A DNA stretch of 64,000 bases from Phyllosticta citribraziliensis. Taxonomy: Eukaryota. Of the stretch, positions 59,770 through 64,000 are shown piece after piece. A model generated the notes under the pieces. That model saw only the letters and a list, made by a program, of their open reading frames with translations, was not told the origin of the DNA and searched no databases. Each line of letters opens with the position of its first letter. Within the stretch, counting starts at the first letter, position 1. The stretch covers positions 1,178,001 to 1,242,000 of the forward strand of contig NW_027117340.1 in NCBI RefSeq assembly GCF_038025025.1. Direction: 5' to 3'. The position numbers and the translations under genes are program-made.

Positions 59770-60784
59770 TCATTTCGAAGACTTTCCCTTGCTCTTGGCC
59801 TTTTTGGCCATGTATGCCTCTACTGTAATCCCCTTCGCAGCAGCTTTTGCGGCATATTTTTGCAATTTCTTATTTGAAATCCCTTCGGCCACGGCCGACG
59901 GACCCGCGTCAGCGTTCGCCCGGGCTGATTTCGTTTTGCTCCCTGATTCTCCAGCGTCCGTACCGTTCCGGTCTTTTCTTGATTTGCTTGCGGAATCTTT
60001 TGCCCTGCTTTCAGAGCCATGGTCGGTATCAGGTATGACGCTGTCGGAATTGAGAGTCTTGCCCGCGTGCTTTTTTGACTTCTTTCCCGCTCTTTCCAGC
60101 CGGAGGGCCTTCTTTGCGGCACGTCTGACAAGTTTAAGCTCTTCTGCTGCGACAGTGTCGGCCGTGGTTGATCTGTCATTCGCCTTGTCCTTTGTCTTTC
60201 TCTTCTTTTCCGCTCCATCCTTTTCACCGTCGCGCTGCGCATCCTCGTGTTCCTCGCGTTTCCTTTTCTTTTCACTCTTTTTCTCTTTGTCACTTCGTTT
60301 GGACTTGTTTTTTGTGACGGCAAGGTCCGGATCGGGTGTCATTGCCGTTGTGGAATTCTCCGATGGGGAAAACGTAGAAGAGTTGCTCGTCGACGCTTCT
60401 GTCGCGAAGCTGGTTTGTGGCATGGTTCCAGGCAACAGGCCTCCTTTGACGAACGACATGTACAAAGTGCCTCTTCCAGCATTCTGCCTCACGGTAGAAA
60501 GCTCCGTCTGTATCTGTGGTGAGCATTTGGCCAGGGAGGATCGCGTATCGTGAACGAAATGAGGATCGTCAACGAACCTGTTTGCCCGTGCCCAGCTCCT
60601 TGAGACCTGTATCATAGGCGCGCATCCACCACTGATCGGCGACTGCGGTCTTCTTCGATCCGAGACCGCGACCTTCTTGCCGCCTGGTGATGAGGAGAGG
60701 TCGGGCGATTCCTCGATCATTGTTGTCGAGCGAGTGGCCGAGTCCACGCCATCCTTGTCTTTTCAGGAGGGTGGCAGCGTCCAT
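59770..60784 (-). CDS. TMA23: G-patch-like nucleolar protein, Tma23-like; 2 exons
   Basis: MDAATLLKRQGWRG.GHSLD...RPLLI.R..EGRGLG....ADQWWMRAYDTGLKELGTG, LYMSFVKGGLL.GT, KKE-rich tail. Intron starts GTTCGT at ~60577. Confidence 0.75.
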
Positions 60785-61259
60785 GGTGAGCTCGCGAGGT
60801 CCTCAAGGAGGCTGCGAGGCAGAGGAAGGCGAGCGCAAAGAGTGAGGTGCAAAGTGGTGGTGTTGGAAATTTTGGCAGCGGAGGCGCGTGAAATTCTGAT
60901 TGAATCGTGAGGTAGCTGACTCATCAGAAGACTGACTCGCTGGCAGAACCGCGCCTTGGTCTTGCAGTCAATCAGTCCATCGTGAGAGATTCGTGGCTCA
61001 AAAGGATGGAATGCCATAATGACAGCACATTGCCGCGTAGACGTTGGAAGGAAAAGCATCAACAGACGTGGACGTTCAAAGTTGTCGAGCAGTTCCCGGG
61101 TGAGCAGGGATCATCGCAACCATTTCAGCCCTATCGGTGTCGGCGCAGTTTGCCGCCGACTGGATTTGCAGTTGCAGGCCCCGGCCGCCCAGCTGGAGAT
61201 TTCGCCCAGTCAACTTTCCACCACTACAACCTCCACTTCAAATCAAGGCATTGTCTACA

Positions 61260-62138
61260 ATGTCCTCTTCCATGCGCAATGCCGTGCAACGGCGTGTCAG
61301 TAATCTCTCAACCGTCTCATTGCCTTTTTTTGCTTACAGAATTCAGAACCACCGAGAACGCGCGCAACCACTCGAACGTCAAAAATGGGGTCTCCTCGAG
61401 AAGAACAAGGACTACAAGCTACGCGCAAAGGACCACAAGGAGAAACAGAAGCGCTTGAAGCTTCTCCGTCAAAAGGCGGTCGATCGAAACCCCGATGAAT
61501 TCTCATTTGGCATGCTTTCCAGCGGCATCAACAAGGCAACTGGCACCAAGAGAGGAGACCGAGGAAATGAGGCCTTGAGCAACGACGTCGTCAAGCTTCT
61601 CAAGACACAAGATGCTGGCTACATTCGGACTATGCTGCAAAAAGTGCGAAAGGAACGAGAAAAGGCGGAGGAAGGATTCGTGTTGGATGATGAAGAAGGC
61701 GAGATTGAGGCTCTCAAGGGACGTTCCGGCAAAGGCAAGCACACCGTCTTCGTCGGCGACAAACAGGAACAAAGCAGTTTTCAACCCGAGGAATGGTTCG
61801 GCGTAGAAGACGAGGAGCGATTGATGAAGCCTTGGAGTCGCCAAATCAAGAAGCCGAAGAACAAACACGAGGACGACGAAATGGCCGATGGTCAGCCGCC
61901 GAAGAAGACCACACCAAAGGACGACGCATCAGCTGCTAAAGAGGAACGTCGAATTCGAAAGATGCGCGAGCAGGCACAGGAGCACAAGCGATTGAAGATC
62001 GAGGCCCTCAAAAACCGAGAAAGAGAATTGATGCTTGCCGAGCAGGAGATCGAGAAGCAGAGGGCCAATATGAGCAATACGGCCGGAGGCGTCAATAAGA
62101 ACGGCGTCAAGTTCAAGGTCCGCGAAAGGAAGAGATGA
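61260..62138 (+). CDS. UTP11: U3 snoRNA-associated protein Utp11; 2 exons
   Basis: MSSSMRNAVQRR|NHRERAQPLERQKWGLLEKNKDYKLRAKD, RNPDEFSFGM, VKLLKTQDAGY, GVKFKVRERKR. Confidence 0.95.
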   Translation: MSSSMRNAVQRRVSNLSTVSLPFFAYRIQNHRERAQPLERQKWGLLEKNKDYKLRAKDHKEKQKRLKLLRQKAVDRNPDEFSFGMLSSGINKATGTKRGDRGNEALSNDVVKLLKTQDAGYIRTMLQKVRKEREKAEEGFVLDDEEGEIEALKGRSGKGKHTVFVGDKQEQSSFQPEEWFGVEDEERLMKPWSRQIKKPKNKHEDDEMADGQPPKKTTPKDDASAAKEERRIRKMREQAQEHKRLKIEALKNRERELMLAEQEIEKQRANMSNTAGGVNKNGVKFKVRERKR

Positions 62139-62217
62139 GTTATGGCCATTACACGTTGCGTCGTCCAACCATCACACCGCCCCAATATACCCGGTTCGGA
62201 CTGCTTCCATAGCACGA

Positions 62218-63093
62218 TTACAATTTCGCGGGCATTCTCATGGCCGCATCCAACCTTATCACTTCTCCGTTCAACATGCCGTTCTCAACAATCTGACGAA
62301 CCATGAGCGCAAACTCGTGCGGCTTCCCCGGTCTCTTTGGAAATTCCATGCCCTTCTCAAGATTCTTCCTTGCGCTTTCGCTCAACCTGGCTATCATGTC
62401 GGTGTCAAACAGACTGGGCGCAATGGACATGACTCTGATGCCGAAGCGTCCCAAATCCCGGGCCAAAGGCAGAGTCATGCTCAGGACTGCGCCCTTGGAA
62501 GCCGCATATGCCGCCTGGCCCATTTGCGCCTCAAAAGCAGTGGAACTCGAAACCATGATGATGACGCCACGCTCCGAGTCGGGACCACTGGGGGTATTTG
62601 CGGTCATGTGTGGGACGACCTGGCGTATGAGATCGAAGGTGCCGCGCAGGTTGATGTTGAGAATATGATCGAAGTCGGACAATGGCATGGGCTCATTCCT
62701 CCTGTTGATAATCTGCAGAGCCAAACGACAAGTAGTCAGAAACACTTCAATGGCATTGTGACCAACCCCCTGTCTCGTCTCGCCTTGATGTCTTACCACT
62801 CCCGCGTTGCCTACACCTGCTGCAGCCAAAACGCCTCCCAAGGGCACTTGTTCCTCATTTGCCCATTCGACTGATCCCTTGACTGCTGCGGCAATGCTGT
62901 CTGTGTTTGTGACGTCGGTTTCAAAGAAGCGACAGCGCTCCTGTCCCAGGGCGTTGACCACATCACTGCCCGCATCGCCCTTCACGTCGAGAACCGAGAC
63001 GTATGCGCCATGAGTGTGGAGGTCTTGCGCCGTTGCGCGACCCAGGCCATTTGCCCCGCCCGAGATGATGAAGAGGCGACCACGGATTTGCAT
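62218..63093 (-). CDS. Short-chain dehydrogenase, 3-hydroxyacyl-CoA dehydrogenase type 2 (HSD17B10-like); 2 exons
   Basis: SGGANGLG, INLRGTFD, ERGVIIMVSS, QMGQAAYAASKGAV (YxxxK), MTLPLARDL, FPKRPGKPHEFA, MLNGEVIRLD. Confidence 0.92.
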   Translation of the reverse strand: MQIRGRLFIISGGANGLGRATAQDLHTHGAYVSVLDVKGDAGSDVVNALGQERCRFFETDVTNTDSIAAAVKGSVEWANEEQVPLGGVLAAAGVGNAGVVRHQGETRQGVGHNAIEVFLTTCRLALQIINRRNEPMPLSDFDHILNINLRGTFDLIRQVVPHMTANTPSGPDSERGVIIMVSSSTAFEAQMGQAAYAASKGAVLSMTLPLARDLGRFGIRVMSIAPSLFDTDMIARLSESARKNLEKGMEFPKRPGKPHEFALMVRQIVENGMLNGEVIRLDAAMRMPAKL

Positions 63094-63837
63094 TTTCGAG
63101 TCTTGCGCGCAAGTGATAAAGTTGCCAAACCCACAAACAAGCCCGCAAGCGCCGCGTTTATATCATCCAGACATCCGACGATTCCTTCACTGTACGGGAT
63201 ATTGTCATCCGTACGGAATGGAACTCCGCACACGAATCAGCGTCACCGCGCCCATTGGGTGCCATCCAGCCACGCCTCAATAGATCACCACGACTCCTGC
63301 CCAGGAAAGGGCGTAGATTCGTTGATGATGGGCTTGTGCGTTGCTTGGCAGTTGTAGTTGGCAAAATACTAGACCCGGTTCCCCGGGACGCGGACGCGGG
63401 CCCCCTCAAGCCCGACCGCCCGCGTCGCCGCCTTTTTGTGCTCCAAGGCTTCCCAAATTCCGCCGATCAACCGCCAACGGGTTTGGGTGGAGCGACTCCA
63501 TTGCTGTTTCGACTCTCGAACCACCTCAGTACAAACCCGTTGCCGCTGGGAGCTGCGCGCAAGCTCTCTCCCTCCGTCTCTCCCGTCCGCTCGCTGTTGC
63601 ATCGTCCTCTCCAACCACTCTCTTCGTCGACAATCCCGCGCCGAACCAAACCTATATCGATCCATTAATCCGCTCGTTCCACTCCACGTCTCAACGCCCT
63701 CGCGTCCACTCGGCCTTCCATCGAGGGACAGAACCAGAAGACCGAGTTGGAAACTGCGTCAATTGGACGGCACCGGCCCTCCGAGCACGAACAAACAACC
63801 CAGTCAGAAGGATCGAGAGGCAGAGCAAGATCTCGCC

Positions 63838-64000
63838 ATGGCCGCATCGGCGGCCGCAACGGGCAGCAGTGGCAGCAGTTCGGGTCCTGCAGGCCCGACG
63901 GTGACGATAGACCGCGACGCGATACCCAGGGATCCGGTGCCGACGAGACCGATTCCGCTCAAGGCAAGCCAGGAGGCGCAGGTCAAGGAGCTGTACCACG
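63838..64000 (+). CDS. 5' end of a probable COX assembly Cmc1-like (twin Cx9C) protein, truncated by the window edge
   Basis: GCCATGG start. PIPLKASQEAQVKELYH matches from memory the N-terminal motif of filamentous-fungal Cmc1-like proteins. The Cys motifs lie outside the window. Confidence 0.6.
   Translation, partial: MAASAAATGSSGSSSGPAGPTVTIDRDAIPRDPVPTRPIPLKASQEAQVKELYH

Noticed and set aside
63181..63225. Imperfect hairpin with TCCGTACGGA palindrome in the SDR/CMC1 promoter
   Set aside because: Short and imperfect, and expected by chance in 64 kb.
1..64000. CRISPR array, prokaryotic operon or defence system
   Set aside because: The sequence is intron-containing fungal DNA, and I saw no regularly spaced direct repeats or cas-like ORFs.
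1..64000. Transposon, rRNA, tRNA or secondary-metabolite backbone gene
   Set aside because: No transposase, RT, PKS or NRPS motifs, no long AT-rich RIP-like tract and no recognisable structural RNA seen by eye. Short elements could be missed without tRNAscan/Rfam.

Overview
This is gene-dense eukaryotic DNA from a filamentous ascomycete (Pezizomycotina). The evidence is short GT-AG introns with CTAAC/CTGAC branch points, Zn2Cys6 factors and fungal-type orthologues. Recognisable genes, left to right: ABHD12-like hydrolase, APH/AIM9-like phosphotransferase, NUS1, SEC10, FAR-17a/AIG1-like membrane protein, a decayed DUF3176-like gene, NCS1 permease, LaeA-like methyltransferase, Zn2Cys6 TF, F-box protein, hot-dog thioesterase, Nit3/NIT2-like omega-amidase, urease, HMG-box protein, a large low-complexity membrane-anchored protein, an MFS-like transporter, a dialkylglycine-decarboxylase-like aminotransferase with an adjacent Zn2Cys6 TF, acid sphingomyelinase, TMA23-like, UTP11, HSD10-like SDR and the start of a CMC1-like gene. 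I found no rRNA, tRNA, CRISPR array or intact transposon. The best leads are: (1) a set of small orphan membrane proteins with Cys clusters and PPxY motifs (29.7-32.3 kb, plus one at 18.8 kb); (2) a coding-like ORF that stops 5 nt before the SEC10 ATG; (3) a structured, stop-free 309-nt intron in the HMG gene; (4) a DGD/TF module with clustered CGG-motif and GATA sites; (5) two 'MC..C' cysteine microproteins. All product calls rest on motif recognition by eye, and no database search was run.
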